Of a stretch of DNA of 64,000 bases, positions 32,381 to 44,752 are shown piece by piece. The translations under genes and the position numbers were made by a program. Positions within the stretch are counted from its first letter, which is position 1, and each line of letters starts with the position of its first letter. The DNA comes from Methanothermococcus sp. Ax23. GTDB taxonomy: Archaea > AGJL01 > Methanococci > Methanococcales > Methanococcaceae. The DNA is taken from contig NZ_CP157522.1 in assembly GCF_049075655.1 (NCBI RefSeq), positions 1,216,001 to 1,280,000 of the forward strand, given 5' to 3'. The notes beneath the pieces were generated by a model. The model was not told the DNA's origin. It did no database searches and saw only the letters and a program-made list of their open reading frames with translations.

Positions 32381-33685
32381 TTATATCATCTCATTAACTT
32401 TTTTGATTAATATCTTCATTATCTCCTTGTCGGATAAAAGACCTTCTGGTGCATTGATTACCTTTTTAAGCTCAATTGGAATACCATCCATCCTATAAGC
32501 TGTTCCTTCGCATTCGATACCTGCTATTGCAGGAGGGATTATGATATTTGCCAATTCAGATGTCGGAGTTTTATGCGGGTCGATGCATACTAAAGGAATC
32601 TTTGCCATGTGCTTAACTGCTTTTTGTGGGAAGTGAGCTCCTGGGTCTGATGCTATATTAAGCATCATGTCCCCATCCTCCCTCATCAATGAATCTGTAA
32701 TACTTGTATCCCCGGGGTTGTATCTTGGATAACCTCTTGTGTAATCAACACACAGCGGATATCCGCTTATCCATGTGCATACCTGATTAAATCCATTCAC
32801 ATTGTAATGCCCCCTCATTGGAGTTAAAGTGAATTTTGTATGAGCATTTAAATCAATGACCAATTCAATTGCATTATCGATATTTCTATGTTTTCCTCTT
32901 GTATGGGTAATGCCCATGCCGAAGAAGAGCTCTCCAAATTGAGCATTTTTACAGACATCCACTGCTTCATAAATTGTTTCAGCAGGAATTCCTGCAACTT
33001 CATCAACATCAAGTTTAACGCCCTTCAATACTGCCCTCATGGCACTCACTAATTCATAGTCCTTATGGGGTTCCACCTGCAAGTGAATATCTGCTAATTT
33101 TGCAGTATCTGTTTTTCTTGGGTCAACGACGATTAAGGTTCTATCATTTCTTCCCCTTTCTCTGAAAAATCCCCTGGCAAATGTTGAATATCTACTCATA
33201 TGTCTTGGGTGGGCATGCATGGGGTTTGAAGCCCAATATATTATTACATCTGCTCTGTTTTTAACTTCCCCCAATGTGCAAATAGGATATCCTACATCCT
33301 GCAACCCCCAAACACTTGGACCATGACAAACCTCTGCGGTATTACTTACAATGCCTCTGATTTTCTCTGCCAATTCCATCCCATACACATGAGCATGGCA
33401 TTCTGTGGCTGAAAATCCATATATCAACGGTAGTTTTGATTCAACCAATAATCTTGCAGTTTCTTCTATTGCAGTTTCGTAATCTGTTTTTTTGAAATCC
33501 TCTTTTTTGTTTTCTCTTATTAAAGGAACAGTGTGCCTCACAGCACCTTCAAAATGCATGAATTTTGCATTCCCTATTCTGCAAGCGTTTTTAGTTCCAA
33601 TAATATGTCCATCTTCAACCATAATTTCCAAATCATCGCACAATGTTCCACAGAAGGGGCATACGACATTTTTAACTATTTCCAT
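32381..33685 (-). CDS. fwdB: Formylmethanofuran dehydrogenase subunit B, cysteine (Se-free) form
   Basis: VCPFCGTLCDD; VCHGPS has Cys at the Sec position; HPRHMSRY, MRGHYNV. Confidence 0.93.
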   Translation of the reverse strand: MEIVKNVVCPFCGTLCDDLEIMVEDGHIIGTKNACRIGNAKFMHFEGAVRHTVPLIRENKKEDFKKTDYETAIEETARLLVESKLPLIYGFSATECHAHVYGMELAEKIRGIVSNTAEVCHGPSVWGLQDVGYPICTLGEVKNRADVIIYWASNPMHAHPRHMSRYSTFARGFFRERGRNDRTLIVVDPRKTDTAKLADIHLQVEPHKDYELVSAMRAVLKGVKLDVDEVAGIPAETIYEAVDVCKNAQFGELFFGMGITHTRGKHRNIDNAIELVIDLNAHTKFTLTPMRGHYNVNGFNQVCTWISGYPLCVDYTRGYPRYNPGDTSITDSLMREDGDMMLNIASDPGAHFPQKAVKHMAKIPLVCIDPHKTPTSELANIIIPPAIAGIECEGTAYRMDGIPIELKKVINAPEGLLSDKEIMKILIKKVNEMI

Positions 33686-33729
33686 GTAATCACCCAAATA
33701 ATTAAAATAAAATTAAATATATTTATATA

Positions 33730-35697
33730 TTAATTGGCAGGGTCCTTAAATGCTCCTTCAATCTGCTTAAATAATTGAATGGTTTTAAAGTGATTCTGTT
33801 CCATAGCACCACTTGGACATCCTGCCACACAGGTTCCACAACCTTTGCACAATGCTGAAATAACCTCTACAACAGATCTTCCATCTTTTTCTACTAATTT
33901 TGGAGCTCCATAAGGACATTGTTTTACACAGATGCCACATCCTCCACAAATGTCCTCATTTACCTCTGCAACTATTGGCTCAACATTGACCTCTCCCTTA
34001 GCCATTGGTATTGCAGCCCTTGATGCTGCTGCTGAACCTTGTGCAACCGATGCTGGAATATCCTTAGGTCCTTGACATGCACCTGCAAGATAAATACCAT
34101 CTGTCGCTGTATCAACAGGTTTGAGTTTTGGGTGAGCTTCCATAAAGAACCCATCTGCTGATTTTGAAATACCCAGAACCTTCTGAACATCATCCATAGA
34201 TGCTGTCGGCACCATACCCACTGAAAGAACAACCATATCATATTCTTTCTCAATTAGTTCTCCAAGTAAGGTTTCTTCTGCTCTTATAATCAGATTTTTA
34301 GTTTCTGGGTCTTCTATAATCTGTGCAGGTCTTCCCCTTATGAAGTTTATGCCGTACTGCCATGCGCTTCTTTCATAGAATTCTTCATATCCCTTAGAGA
34401 ATGCCCTAATATCCATATAGTAAATATCTATCTTTGTATCGGGTTCGTGTTCTATTATCAATTGGGAGTTTTTCATAGCATACATACAGCAGACATTTGA
34501 ACAGTATTTATTCCCCACTTTTGCATCTCTTGAACCAACACACTGAATAAAGGCTATTCTTTTTGGATGCTTCCCATCACTTAGCCTTACAACGTGCCCC
34601 ATTGTTGGACCTGATGCATTTATCAGCCTTTCAAGTTCAAGCCCTGTAATTACATTATCATAAACCCCATAGCCATACTCCTCCTTAATCGATGGGTCGA
34701 ATGGGTCATACCCTATTGCAGTAATTATGCTTCCCACCTCTTCCTCAATAATCTCGGGTTTTTGATTGTAGTCTATTGCATTAGGTCCGCAAACTGTGGA
34801 ACATAATCCACATTCTATACAATGTTCTTTGTCAATTGTGTATTTTGCAGGAACAGCCTGTGGGAATGGTTTATATATTGCCTTTCTTGTTCCAAGCCCC
34901 ATATCAAATTCATTTGGAACTTCAATTGGACATACCTCTGCACACTGACCGCATCCTGTACATTTTGTTTCATCAAGGTATCTTGGCTTTTTTAATATCT
35001 TGACCTTGAAGTTTCCAATGTATCCGCTTACTTCTTTAACCTCTGAATAGGAATAAAGTTTAACATTTGGATGCTTTGCAACATCTACCATTTTTGGAGC
35101 TAAAATACAGATAGAACAGTCGTTTGTTGGAAATGTTTTGTCCAGCTGTGCCATCCTTCCCCCAACAGATGGTGTTTTCTCAACCAATATTGTTTCAAAT
35201 CCCATATCTCCCAAATCCAGTGCCGCCTGAATACCTGAAACACCACCACCAATTACCAGAGCTCTGTTTTTAACACCTACATTAATAAAGTCCAATGGTT
35301 CCAACAATCTTGCCTTTGCAACTCCCATTCTTACTAAATCTTTTGCCTTTTCCGTAGCCTTCTCTGGCTCATGCATATGCACCCAAGAATCATGTTCTCT
35401 TATATTTACAAACTCGAATAAGAAGGGATTTAATCCAGCTTCTTCAACACATCTCCTAAATGTTGGTTCGTGCATTCTTGGAGAACAAGCCGCAACAACA
35501 ACCCTATTTAAATTATACTCTTTAATGTCCTTCTGTATGATTTCCTGCCCCGGGTCTGCACAGAAATATTTGTAATCTCTTGCAACAACAACATTTTTTA
35601 ATGTTTTAGCAAACTCGGCAAGTTCTGGACAATTAACTACTCCGCCAATGTTAATTCCACAATGGCAGACATAAACACCAATTCTTGGTTCTTCCAT
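33730..35697 (-). CDS. hdrA: Heterodisulfide reductase subunit A, cysteine form
   Basis: [35 protein letters not shown]; no in-frame TGA. Confidence 0.96.
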   Translation of the reverse strand: MEEPRIGVYVCHCGINIGGVVNCPELAEFAKTLKNVVVARDYKYFCADPGQEIIQKDIKEYNLNRVVVAACSPRMHEPTFRRCVEEAGLNPFLFEFVNIREHDSWVHMHEPEKATEKAKDLVRMGVAKARLLEPLDFINVGVKNRALVIGGGVSGIQAALDLGDMGFETILVEKTPSVGGRMAQLDKTFPTNDCSICILAPKMVDVAKHPNVKLYSYSEVKEVSGYIGNFKVKILKKPRYLDETKCTGCGQCAEVCPIEVPNEFDMGLGTRKAIYKPFPQAVPAKYTIDKEHCIECGLCSTVCGPNAIDYNQKPEIIEEEVGSIITAIGYDPFDPSIKEEYGYGVYDNVITGLELERLINASGPTMGHVVRLSDGKHPKRIAFIQCVGSRDAKVGNKYCSNVCCMYAMKNSQLIIEHEPDTKIDIYYMDIRAFSKGYEEFYERSAWQYGINFIRGRPAQIIEDPETKNLIIRAEETLLGELIEKEYDMVVLSVGMVPTASMDDVQKVLGISKSADGFFMEAHPKLKPVDTATDGIYLAGACQGPKDIPASVAQGSAAASRAAIPMAKGEVNVEPIVAEVNEDICGGCGICVKQCPYGAPKLVEKDGRSVVEVISALCKGCGTCVAGCPSGAMEQNHFKTIQLFKQIEGAFKDPAN

Positions 35698-35771
35698 AAT
35701 ATCACCATTATTTATATCAATATTATATTTTCTAATGACCTAATTTAAAAAAATCCCATCCTTGTCATATT

Positions 35772-36920
35772 TTATCGCAATTCTAAAACTTTCTTTTTCT
35801 CTGCCTCTGCACATGAGAGGCAAAGGAGACACATGACACAGTATCCTTTTAATGGGATTTTACCTTTACTTAATCTTAAAGTATCCATTGGACATACTTC
35901 AACACATTTTCCACATTTATCACATAAGTGTGGGCTGAATTCTATTCTGTTGTAGTCCTTTCCATTGTGGTTTATTGAGCCCATCTTCAAAGCACCAGTT
36001 GGACATGCCACAGTGCATGCTCCACAAACTATACACATTTTTATGGTTTTTGATTTTTTATCTGCAACTATGGCGTCAGTTGGACATACTTTTGCACATT
36101 TTTCCAATATATCGTAATCCTTCTCAATTATTACGAGACCTTCATCTGTAATTGGATGAGCAGATTCGTATTTTACATCAAGTGTTAAAGCATCCACTGG
36201 ACAGATATTCACACACAAATTACATGCTGGACATGCCACTGGAGTTTCAATCACAAGGTTTTCGTTATCAACTTTAATCATATTGCCAGGACATATTTCA
36301 GCACATTTGATACATCCAATACATTTTTCAGTATCCACTTCGAATTTTAAGATTTCCTTCTTCCTCTTTTTAGGAATCTTTCCAGCGACAAATATTGCAT
36401 TCCATGGACATGTCTGGGCACAAAGTGAGCAGTATATACATTTATTCTTATCCACAACTGCTTTACCGTCTTCCATAGTAATAGCATCTACTGGACATAC
36501 TGGAACGCACACTTCACACCCAACACAGGCATCAGTAACTGCTATTGGGTCCTTTGGAATGTTTATTTCTTTTTTAGGTTTTTCTACCAGTCCTGGGATT
36601 GATATAATTTCAATCGGACATACTTCAACACATTTTTTACATAAAACACAGTGTCCCTTTGAGTATGGGAATGTATCATCTACTTTCTTTATCTTTGTTG
36701 GGCACACTTCTGCACATGCCCCACATTTTTTACATTTTGTTGGATTGTAGTTTATCTTATCATCCAATTCTGACAAAGCCCCTGTTGGACACACCTGCGT
36801 ACACTGCATACACAAGGTGCATGTCTTAAAGGGGGCTATCTCTATGGCATCTGTTGGACAGACCGCCGCACATGCATTACACACTAAGCATGCATCCTCT
36901 TGAATCTTTATTCCTTCCAA
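35772..36920 (-). CDS. vhcB: Polyferredoxin of the F420-non-reducing hydrogenase operon
   Basis: Many CxxCxxCxxxCP motifs; operon position. Confidence 0.88.
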   Translation of the reverse strand: MEGIKIQEDACLVCNACAAVCPTDAIEIAPFKTCTLCMQCTQVCPTGALSELDDKINYNPTKCKKCGACAEVCPTKIKKVDDTFPYSKGHCVLCKKCVEVCPIEIISIPGLVEKPKKEINIPKDPIAVTDACVGCEVCVPVCPVDAITMEDGKAVVDKNKCIYCSLCAQTCPWNAIFVAGKIPKKRKKEILKFEVDTEKCIGCIKCAEICPGNMIKVDNENLVIETPVACPACNLCVNICPVDALTLDVKYESAHPITDEGLVIIEKDYDILEKCAKVCPTDAIVADKKSKTIKMCIVCGACTVACPTGALKMGSINHNGKDYNRIEFSPHLCDKCGKCVEVCPMDTLRLSKGKIPLKGYCVMCLLCLSCAEAEKKKVLELR

Positions 36921-36979
36921 TGTATAACACCTTTTGAGTTTTTAATCTAACCAAAGTTTCACATAAATTAATCGTTAAA

Positions 36980-38401
36980 TTATACTCTTATTGATTTAAC
37001 CAGTTCATTTTCTTTATATACCTCCAATGAGAGATTACTAGCATTATTACCTATTACGTGGGTTGCACAGGATAAACAGGGGTCATAAGCCCTAATTACC
37101 ATTTCCATGTAATTCAAAACCTGCGGGTTTGCATCATCTGGTGTTTTTAAGTATTTTTCAGCAACCTTTCTAACACCAATATCCATTGCAGGATTGTTTT
37201 GAACTGTCGCAACAATCAAGTTAGTATCTTTAATGATTCCTTTATCATCTGTTTTAAAGTGGTGTATTAAAGTCCCCCTTGGAGCTTCGACACATCCTAC
37301 TCCTTCACCAATTACATCATCAGGTTCTGTCCTTATGTCTGTATCAACAATTTTATCATTCTCTAGAAGTTCTTTTGTTTTTTCAGCACTTGATAAGAGC
37401 TCTATCAATCTTGCATAATTAAACAATATTGGATAGTGGCATGGTTTTCCAAACTCATTAATAAATTCTTCATAGTATTTTTGTGCCAGTGGTGTTGCCA
37501 TTTTATCCGAAACATTAAGTCTTGACAGTGTATTTACCCTATAAACCCCCTCTTCTTCCCCTTTATCCTTTAAGTATGGGAATTTCAAGTAGGAGTAGGG
37601 CCTAACTCCCTCGACAATATAATTTGTATATTCAGCAGGGTCAAATTCATATTCGGTTTTTCCTTTTGGATTAACTACTCTAATTTTTCCATCATAGAGC
37701 TCATGGGTTCCATCATTTACCATACCTGCATGGTAGGATTCAAAATACCCTATGTCCATTAAATCATTTTCTTTTATATTTTCAATTAGTTTTTTACCTA
37801 TTTCGATGGATTTTTCAGACAATTCTATTGCCCTATCTGATAATTTTAATAATTCATCCCTTTCTTCTTCTTTCAATGGTTTTGACTGACCTCCAACAAC
37901 TGCTGTGGCTGGGTGGATTGCCCTTCCTCCAACTGTTTTTACAATGGTTTGACCTATTTTTCTTAATTCTATCGCTTCTTTAACAACTTCGGGGTTTTCT
38001 TTTGCTATGCCCAATAAATTTCTTTTTAAAATATCCTCTGTTGTTGGAAACATTAAATCAGGAGCTCCAAGGGCATAAAAATGCAGTGCATGACTGTGAA
38101 CTGTTGCCCCTTGGTGCATTAAATTTCTTAAAAGATTTGCTGTTTCAGGAATTTTTACTCCAAATACATTATCTACCGCCTTTGCACTTGCCAGGTGGTG
38201 AGACACTTGACATATTCCACAGATTCTTGGGGTATATGTTGGTGCATCTTCGATATATCTTCCTTCTAAAAATTTTTCAAAACCTCTAACCTCTACCACA
38301 TGAAAATGAACTTTATCTAAATTTCCACCCTCATCAAAAGACACAGTTATCTTTCCATGCCCTTCGACCCTTGTAACTGGTTCAACTGATAACTTTACCA
38401 T
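36980..38401 (-). CDS. vhcA: F420-non-reducing [NiFe] hydrogenase large subunit, Cys form
   Basis: PRICGIC and an intact C-terminal DPCLSCATH in one chain (no separate VhuU). Confidence 0.93.
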   Translation of the reverse strand: MVKLSVEPVTRVEGHGKITVSFDEGGNLDKVHFHVVEVRGFEKFLEGRYIEDAPTYTPRICGICQVSHHLASAKAVDNVFGVKIPETANLLRNLMHQGATVHSHALHFYALGAPDLMFPTTEDILKRNLLGIAKENPEVVKEAIELRKIGQTIVKTVGGRAIHPATAVVGGQSKPLKEEERDELLKLSDRAIELSEKSIEIGKKLIENIKENDLMDIGYFESYHAGMVNDGTHELYDGKIRVVNPKGKTEYEFDPAEYTNYIVEGVRPYSYLKFPYLKDKGEEEGVYRVNTLSRLNVSDKMATPLAQKYYEEFINEFGKPCHYPILFNYARLIELLSSAEKTKELLENDKIVDTDIRTEPDDVIGEGVGCVEAPRGTLIHHFKTDDKGIIKDTNLIVATVQNNPAMDIGVRKVAEKYLKTPDDANPQVLNYMEMVIRAYDPCLSCATHVIGNNASNLSLEVYKENELVKSIRV

Positions 38402-38432
38402 TTTATCACCATTATTTTAATATTGATATTTA

Positions 38433-39338
38433 TTACTCATCCTTTAATTTAACAGGAATCAAAGCACTCGGAAGCGTAAATTTATAAAAACATCCTATTT
38501 TGTCGTCTATTGATTTTGGAAGTATTGTAGGGTCCACTTCTTTATCTTTATCAATCCCATAATCAGAACACAACGCAGAAATCATTTTTGCCCCTTGGTC
38601 TATAACAGCACCTGTTGGTCCATAACATCCAGAGCATGGAACCCCTGCACTAGGACATTTTGCACCACAGGTCGCTCTTGTTGCAGGCCCCATACATAGA
38701 TATCCCTGTTCTAACAGGCATTTTTCTGGGTCTGGCGTTCCTTTGAACTTTCTTTTTAGGGTTGTAATTGAAACTCCATCTTCACTCTTTTTCCTTGAAC
38801 ATTCTTCACAGAGGTTATTCTTTGGCAGTTCAGGAGTTTTTCCTTCCAATAATGCAGTCAATACTTTTGCTATGAGCTCAGGTTCTGGCGGACATCCTGG
38901 TATAATATAATCTACATCTATAACATCGGATAACGGTTTAACTCTTGAAGTTAATTCAGGAACTTCTTCGTCTGGGATAATGCCTTTTTCATTTTCTGTC
39001 GTTAATGTTGTTTTATAGACCTTGTCTAATATCTCTTCATTTGAATATAAGTTCTCCAATCCTGGAACACCGCCGAATCCTGCACAGCTACCAAATGCTA
39101 CGACTATTTTTGCTTTTTCCCTCATTTCTTTTGCTATTTCTTCGTTTTCTTTATTTCTTATTCCCCCTTCAATCAATGCAATATCCACATTATCAGGAAT
39201 TTCCTTAACATCCATTAGAACAGGGCAGTGGACGAGCTCAACTTTATCCAATATATTTAGGAGCTCTTCATGTAAATCTAACAAGCTTATATGACATCCA
39301 GAACAACAGCACAGCCATGTCGTTGCTATTTTTACCAT
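38433..39338 (-). CDS. vhcG: F420-non-reducing hydrogenase small subunit
   Basis: CCCSGCH, GSCA..GG, PGCPP, CMGPAT...C...CP....PC.GC. Confidence 0.92.
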   Translation of the reverse strand: MVKIATTWLCCCSGCHISLLDLHEELLNILDKVELVHCPVLMDVKEIPDNVDIALIEGGIRNKENEEIAKEMREKAKIVVAFGSCAGFGGVPGLENLYSNEEILDKVYKTTLTTENEKGIIPDEEVPELTSRVKPLSDVIDVDYIIPGCPPEPELIAKVLTALLEGKTPELPKNNLCEECSRKKSEDGVSITTLKRKFKGTPDPEKCLLEQGYLCMGPATRATCGAKCPSAGVPCSGCYGPTGAVIDQGAKMISALCSDYGIDKDKEVDPTILPKSIDDKIGCFYKFTLPSALIPVKLKDE

Positions 39339-39375
39339 CTAATCACCATTTATCCATTATATATCTATTTTAATA

Positions 39376-39798
39376 TTATTCTCCTAATTTTTCTTTTAAT
39401 TTCAAAGGTCCTAATGATTTTACAGTATTATATACTTCAATCATTGTTTTTTGGAATTTCTCACCTTCTGATGCTGAAATCCATTCAAATCTAAACCTTT
39501 CTTTTTCAATGCCAAATTCTGGAAGTAACTCCTCTAAAAACATGGCTCTTCTTTGCCATTTGTAGTTTCCAGAATCATAATGGCAATCTGCCAAGTGGCA
39601 ACCTCCAACAAAAACGCCGTCTGCTCCTTCACTAAATGCTTTTAAAATTAGAGATGGTTCTATTCTTCCAGAGCACATAACTCTGATTATTCTAATGCTT
39701 GGAGGATATTGCATCCTACCTACTCCTGCTGTATCTGCTCCACCATAGGTGCACCAGTTACAACAAAACCCTACTATTTTTGGTTCCCAGTCTGACAT
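39376..39798 (-). CDS. vhcD: MvhD-type 2Fe-2S subunit, Cys form
   Basis: [29 protein letters not shown]; start moved to ATG 39798 after GGTGAT. Confidence 0.92.
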   Translation of the reverse strand: MSDWEPKIVGFCCNWCTYGGADTAGVGRMQYPPSIRIIRVMCSGRIEPSLILKAFSEGADGVFVGGCHLADCHYDSGNYKWQRRAMFLEELLPEFGIEKERFRFEWISASEGEKFQKTMIEVYNTVKSLGPLKLKEKLGE

Positions 39799-40183
39799 TT
39801 CATCACCTATTAAAAATATTGATATGTTTATTGCACAATCTAATACTGACTTTAAAGTTTGTGATATATATAATAATATATTTAAAATCAAATAGTAAAA
39901 TTTATATAGCCATTTAAAATTATTTAAATTATTTAAGTTTATTTAACATTTTTTTAATAATTCTTTACAAAAAAAGAATATTTGATATTATTTTTATTTA
40001 ATTAGTATTATTAAAATCATATAAACTCGGATTTTTGTTTTAACATATATATCTTTCTATTTTGAACAAATAACCGTATTTTAAATATATTATGATTAAT
40101 AATAGATATATTAGTTTTTTAAATATCAATTAACTAATTAAATAATATATTAACTATTTTAATATCAGATATGTGGTGATTCC
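39799..40183. promoter_or_regulatory. Divergent vhc/frc promoter region
   Basis: 385-bp AT-rich intergenic region with several TATA-like boxes; same arrangement as the Se-regulated vhc/frc region of Methanococcus voltae. Confidence 0.7.
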
Positions 40184-41416
40184 ATGGGGAAAATTGTGGA
40201 AATAAATCCGACAACAAGGCATGAAGGCCATACAAAACTAGTTTTAAAAATTGATGATGAAGGAATTGTAGAAAAAGGAGCCTATTTAAGTGTAACGCCA
40301 GTAAGGGGTTTTGAAAAATTTTTAGTAGGAAAACCAGCGGAATTCGCACCGCTTGCTGTGATGAGATTTTGTGGAATCTGTCAAGCTGCACATGGGATTT
40401 CATCAGTTGAGGCAATTGAAGATGCATGCAACATAACTCCTCCAAAAGATGGATTATTATTAAGAGAATTGCTCGGAATTGGAAATAAATTGCACTCTCA
40501 CCCACTGCACCAATTCTTAATCTCTCCTGATTTTGTGCCTGAAAAGGATAAAGTTGAGTTCATCAAGAGAGTCCAGGCAATGAGAAAAATAGGGCAATAT
40601 ATCTGCGATGTTGTAGGGGGAGAAGCAATACATCCACCAAATATAATGATTGGAGGGATGGCAAAGAATATCACAGAAAGTGTTAAATCAAAAATATACT
40701 ACAAATGCAAAGAATATGAAAAACTTGCGAAGGAACAGATAGATTATTTAATTCCGATATTTGAAAATAAAACATTAGTTGATGGAACTGAGCTCCCGGA
40801 AAAACTCGGATACCACGATTTTGGATATATAGCTACCCATCCAACCTATGGAGATAGAACAAAGATTGACCAAGATAATGTCGTAGAATATGCCCCATTT
40901 GATGTCTATGATAAGGATGTGGCAATTCAGGCATCAACAACAATTCCTACTTTAAATGGAAGATTGGCAGAGGTTGGACCCAGAGCGAGATTCAATAAAT
41001 TCTTTGATTTTAAGGAAAAGGGAGCCATGGCGATACATGTAGCTAGGGCTTATGAAATGATTGTCCATGTTAAGAGAGCATTAGAAATTATTGATGAATT
41101 AAATGTAAATGGAAAAACCCTAGCGGATGAACCGATAACCGGAGATGGTGAAAAAGTAGGATTGGGTGTTCATGAAGCAGCAAGAGGGCACAACACTCAT
41201 CAAGCTTCAATTGATAAAAACGGAAGAATAACATATTATAATGCAATTGTCGCTACAACATGGAACATTCCGTTGATTGGTAAAGCAATTGAAGGAAGTC
41301 ATTATAAATTTGCAGAACACGTTGTTAGGGCTTATGACCCGTGTGTTTCCTGTGCAACTCACATGATTGTTAAAGATTACGATAATAAAACAGTTGATGA
41401 AAAATTCATTCAGTAG
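40184..41416 (+). CDS. frcA: F420-reducing hydrogenase alpha subunit, Cys form
   Basis: [23 protein letters not shown] (Cys where FruA has Sec). Confidence 0.93.
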   Translation: MGKIVEINPTTRHEGHTKLVLKIDDEGIVEKGAYLSVTPVRGFEKFLVGKPAEFAPLAVMRFCGICQAAHGISSVEAIEDACNITPPKDGLLLRELLGIGNKLHSHPLHQFLISPDFVPEKDKVEFIKRVQAMRKIGQYICDVVGGEAIHPPNIMIGGMAKNITESVKSKIYYKCKEYEKLAKEQIDYLIPIFENKTLVDGTELPEKLGYHDFGYIATHPTYGDRTKIDQDNVVEYAPFDVYDKDVAIQASTTIPTLNGRLAEVGPRARFNKFFDFKEKGAMAIHVARAYEMIVHVKRALEIIDELNVNGKTLADEPITGDGEKVGLGVHEAARGHNTHQASIDKNGRITYYNAIVATTWNIPLIGKAIEGSHYKFAEHVVRAYDPCVSCATHMIVKDYDNKTVDEKFIQ

Positions 41417-41483
41417 ATAAAAAATGAATAACTAACAAAAATAAAAATAATTAAAAATTCAAAAATATTAATTAAGGTGGAAT

Positions 41484-41978
41484 ATGCCCAATTATCTAAA
41501 TAAAGAAGTTTTAGTTCTTGGATGTGGAAATATATTATTTGGAGACGATGGATTTGGATATACCGTAATAAATGAATTAAATAAAATGAAGGAAAAAAAT
41601 CCAATCTTGAATTCCAATAAAATAGAGATAATTGATGCGGGGACTGGTGCATCTCACTTTATATTGTCTTTAATTGATGAAAATACACCAATAAAGAAGA
41701 TTGTAATAATAGATGCAATAGAATATGGCTTGAAAGCTGGGGAATTAATAAAACTACGCCCTAAGGATTTACCGAATATAGAGAAATACCAAGTAGATGC
41801 CCACGATATGCCACTTGCAGGAATGTTAAATGAACTTAATGAAAAATACAAAATTGATGTTGTAGTTATTGGATGTCAAATAAAGAATATGACTGCACCA
41901 GATATATGTCTTGAATTATCAGAAGAAGTTAAAAAATCGGTCAATGGCGCAGTAAATATGGTTTTGGACGAATTATAA
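41484..41978 (+). CDS. frcD: Hydrogenase maturation protease
   Basis: GCGNILFGDDGFG, DAGT, DAH. Confidence 0.92.
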   Translation: MPNYLNKEVLVLGCGNILFGDDGFGYTVINELNKMKEKNPILNSNKIEIIDAGTGASHFILSLIDENTPIKKIVIIDAIEYGLKAGELIKLRPKDLPNIEKYQVDAHDMPLAGMLNELNEKYKIDVVVIGCQIKNMTAPDICLELSEEVKKSVNGAVNMVLDEL

Positions 41979-42011
41979 TATGCATTGAATATATATAATT
42001 GAGGTGAAAAA

Positions 42012-42740
42012 ATGGTCAGGGTGGCACATATTCACATGAGCGGGTGCACTGGATGTTTAATATCCTTAACCGATACTTATGAAAAGCTTTTGAATATATT
42101 GGAGAATATAGATTTAGTTTATTCATTGACATTGATGGATGAAAAAACCGAAATAAAAGAAACTGATGATAAAATATTGATTGAAAGAAATATTCCAGAC
42201 AACATAGATATTGCACTTGTGGAAGGCGGAGTTTGTTTAGATGACAAACACCCTATGAAAGATATTCTTGAAACTAGAGAAAAATCAAAAATCGTGGTTG
42301 CATTGGGAGCATGTGCATCAACTGGGGGTGTTCTGAGGTATTGTAGGGGAGGGCAGATGTCAAAACCAACACATGCATCATATACTGCAATTGGAGATGT
42401 AATAAAAGTTGATTTGGCAATTCCCGGATGCCCGCCATCACCAGAATTAATAGTTAATGTAATTACAGCAGCATTAAATGGAGACATGGATTATTTGGAA
42501 CCATTTGCAGAATTTGCTAAAAAAACAGAATACTGCGGATGTGATTTGATATACAATGTTATAAACAAATCCCTTTGCATGGGATGTGGAACATGTGCGT
42601 CTGCATGTCCTTTAAGAGTAATTAGTATGATAGATGGAAAACCAAACATAAGGAGCGAATTATGTATAAAATGCGGTGCATGTTCATTCCAGTGCCCAAG
42701 AATTAGGCTTCCAGAACAGGTTAAGGAGTTAGAGGAATAA
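42012..42740 (+). CDS. frcG: F420-reducing hydrogenase gamma subunit
   Basis: GCTGC, GACA, PGCPP and two ferredoxin motifs. Confidence 0.92.
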   Translation: MVRVAHIHMSGCTGCLISLTDTYEKLLNILENIDLVYSLTLMDEKTEIKETDDKILIERNIPDNIDIALVEGGVCLDDKHPMKDILETREKSKIVVALGACASTGGVLRYCRGGQMSKPTHASYTAIGDVIKVDLAIPGCPPSPELIVNVITAALNGDMDYLEPFAEFAKKTEYCGCDLIYNVINKSLCMGCGTCASACPLRVISMIDGKPNIRSELCIKCGACSFQCPRIRLPEQVKELEE

Positions 42741-42765
42741 ATAATAAAATCCTAGGGGTGATTAA

Positions 42766-43614
42766 ATGGATGCTTTTGGAAAATATAAAACAGTAATATC
42801 TGCAAGAGCAGCAGATAAAAAAATATTGAAAAAATCCCAAGATGGAGGGATTGTATCTGCTGCATATATCTATGGATTGGAGAACAACCTTTTAGATGGT
42901 GTAATAGTAGCAGATAAAGAAGATGAGTTTAAGGCAGTTCCTAAGGTTGCCACAACACCAGAAGAGGTTTTAAATGCAGCAGGAACAAAATATACCGTAT
43001 GTTCAAACCTGAGTGTTTTGAAAAATGCTATCAGAGAATATGGCTGTGAAAAACTTGGAGTTGTAGGAACTCCTTGTCAGGTAATAGCTACAAGAAAAGC
43101 CATAAAATATCCAGTAGGATTTAGACACATGCCTGATAAAATTGCATTGATTGTAGGAATCTTCTGTATGGAAAACTTCCCATACAATGGTATGAAAACC
43201 ATAGTTGAAGAACACTGCGGTGTGAAAATAGAAGATGTTGCTAAATTGGACATTGGAAAAGGTAAATTCTGGGTATATACGAAATGGGGAGAAACAAAAT
43301 CCATCAAGTTAAAAGAAACCCATCCTTATGAACAAATAGCATGTCATGTATGCACCGACTATACAGCAGAATTGGCTGATATTTCAACAGGTTCAGTAGG
43401 TAGCCCTGATGGTTGGAGCTCTGTATTTGTAAGGACTGCAAAAGGAGAAGAATTTATTAATAAAATGATTGATGAAGGATACTTAGAAACCAAACCAATA
43501 GATGAAGGTAAATTTGGTTTAGGAATACTTGAAAAACTTGCATTACTTAAAAAAGATAAAAACGCAAAAGAAATCGAGCATAGGAAGGAAATAGGATTAC
43601 CTGTTCCTTATTAA
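42766..43614 (+). CDS. frcB: F420-reducing hydrogenase beta subunit
   Basis: SQDGG, AAGTKY, GTPCQ, IFCMENF, CHVCTD. Confidence 0.94.
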   Translation: MDAFGKYKTVISARAADKKILKKSQDGGIVSAAYIYGLENNLLDGVIVADKEDEFKAVPKVATTPEEVLNAAGTKYTVCSNLSVLKNAIREYGCEKLGVVGTPCQVIATRKAIKYPVGFRHMPDKIALIVGIFCMENFPYNGMKTIVEEHCGVKIEDVAKLDIGKGKFWVYTKWGETKSIKLKETHPYEQIACHVCTDYTAELADISTGSVGSPDGWSSVFVRTAKGEEFINKMIDEGYLETKPIDEGKFGLGILEKLALLKKDKNAKEIEHRKEIGLPVPY

Positions 43615-43809
43615 ATAAATATAGTTCATTAATTTAGGTTCCAACCGACACGAGCGATAGCGAGTGGAGGTTGGATTTCCGAATGAAATGAGGAAATCGT
43701 ATAAATCCACAAAGTGGATTTTGAGATTTTGGGTAGCATCCTTTTTTAAAGGATGCATGCAAAGGAAATAGAACATAGGAAGGAAATAGGATTACCTGTT
43801 CCTTATTAA
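43564..43809 (+). repeat. 51-bp duplication of the frcB 3' end flanking a hairpin array
   Basis: 43564-43614 vs 43759-43809 (3 mismatches) with four stem-loops between them. Confidence 0.9.
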
Positions 43810-43834
43810 CTATTTTTATTCTTTGAAAAAATAG

Positions 43835-44404
43835 CTAACCTTCATTTCGTTCAGTGATTAAATCTAAAAATCCCCTTCCTATTAAATGAGATATTCTTAA
43901 ACATTCTGGAATTTTGCTTTTTAATCTTGTTTTTTTAATTATTAAATTAAGGAGCTCCCTCTTAATACCGACATATTGAACATATATTCCTTCAATATTT
44001 TCAGGCTCTGGAAATGATTTTAAAAGAGAGATTCTTTCTTCATAATCATCAAAATGTTTTTTTAACGCATCCATCATTTTTTGACGGTTTGGCATCCTAT
44101 CTATAACTGCAACCACGGGAATCCCTGTTTTCTCATTTACTTCATAGAGATTTGTTATATTAAACCCCCCAAATGTAACGCCGTCCAAAAATATAACATT
44201 TATTTTTGTTTTATGTTTCCCCATGACCATTTCAATAATCTTTTCCGTTGAGTCCATTCCATCCCGTTTTATCCTCTTAAAATAAATGCCGTCTATTATT
44301 CTATTTCCTCGGCAGTATGTTCCTATTAATATTGCCTCTTTATCATTTTTATCAAATGGTGCATCATCTATTCCGATAACGCCAATTTCATCTTTAATAT
44401 TCAT
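43835..44404 (-). CDS. DUF99 / endonuclease V-like protein
   Basis: IGIDDAPF, DG.D.T, LDGVTFGGFN, PE.LR.SHLI. Confidence 0.88.
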   Translation of the reverse strand: MNIKDEIGVIGIDDAPFDKNDKEAILIGTYCRGNRIIDGIYFKRIKRDGMDSTEKIIEMVMGKHKTKINVIFLDGVTFGGFNITNLYEVNEKTGIPVVAVIDRMPNRQKMMDALKKHFDDYEERISLLKSFPEPENIEGIYVQYVGIKRELLNLIIKKTRLKSKIPECLRISHLIGRGFLDLITERNEG

Positions 44405-44448
44405 TATACCACAAATATTACTTTTTTATTTTTTAGCTCTATTTTTAA

Positions 44449-44691
44449 TTATCTTCTTTTAGACAGCAGATAATAAATTATAGCCCCGATTATGCCCAAA
44501 AACCAAACAACCAACAGCCATAGAATTTTTTCAAGAGTGTCCAAATCATCCCTTTTAAGTATATCTATAACAACCAATATAAATACTACAATTCTTATTA
44601 TACCCCACAATCCAAAAAACATGAAACCAAAAAAAGGGAGCTCCGTTATTCCAAAACCATTTCCCATCATATTCATTGGGGAAAACCACAT
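44449..44691 (-). CDS. PLDc N-terminal-domain small membrane protein
   Basis: DIL.R....EK.LW..VV....IIG.I.Y. Confidence 0.8.
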   Translation of the reverse strand: MWFSPMNMMGNGFGITELPFFGFMFFGLWGIIRIVVFILVVIDILKRDDLDTLEKILWLLVVWFLGIIGAIIYYLLSKRR

Positions 44692-44752
44692 ATTATTTCA
44701 CCTTAAAAAATTAAATTTAAGATTAAAATATAATAAAATATATAATAAAAAT

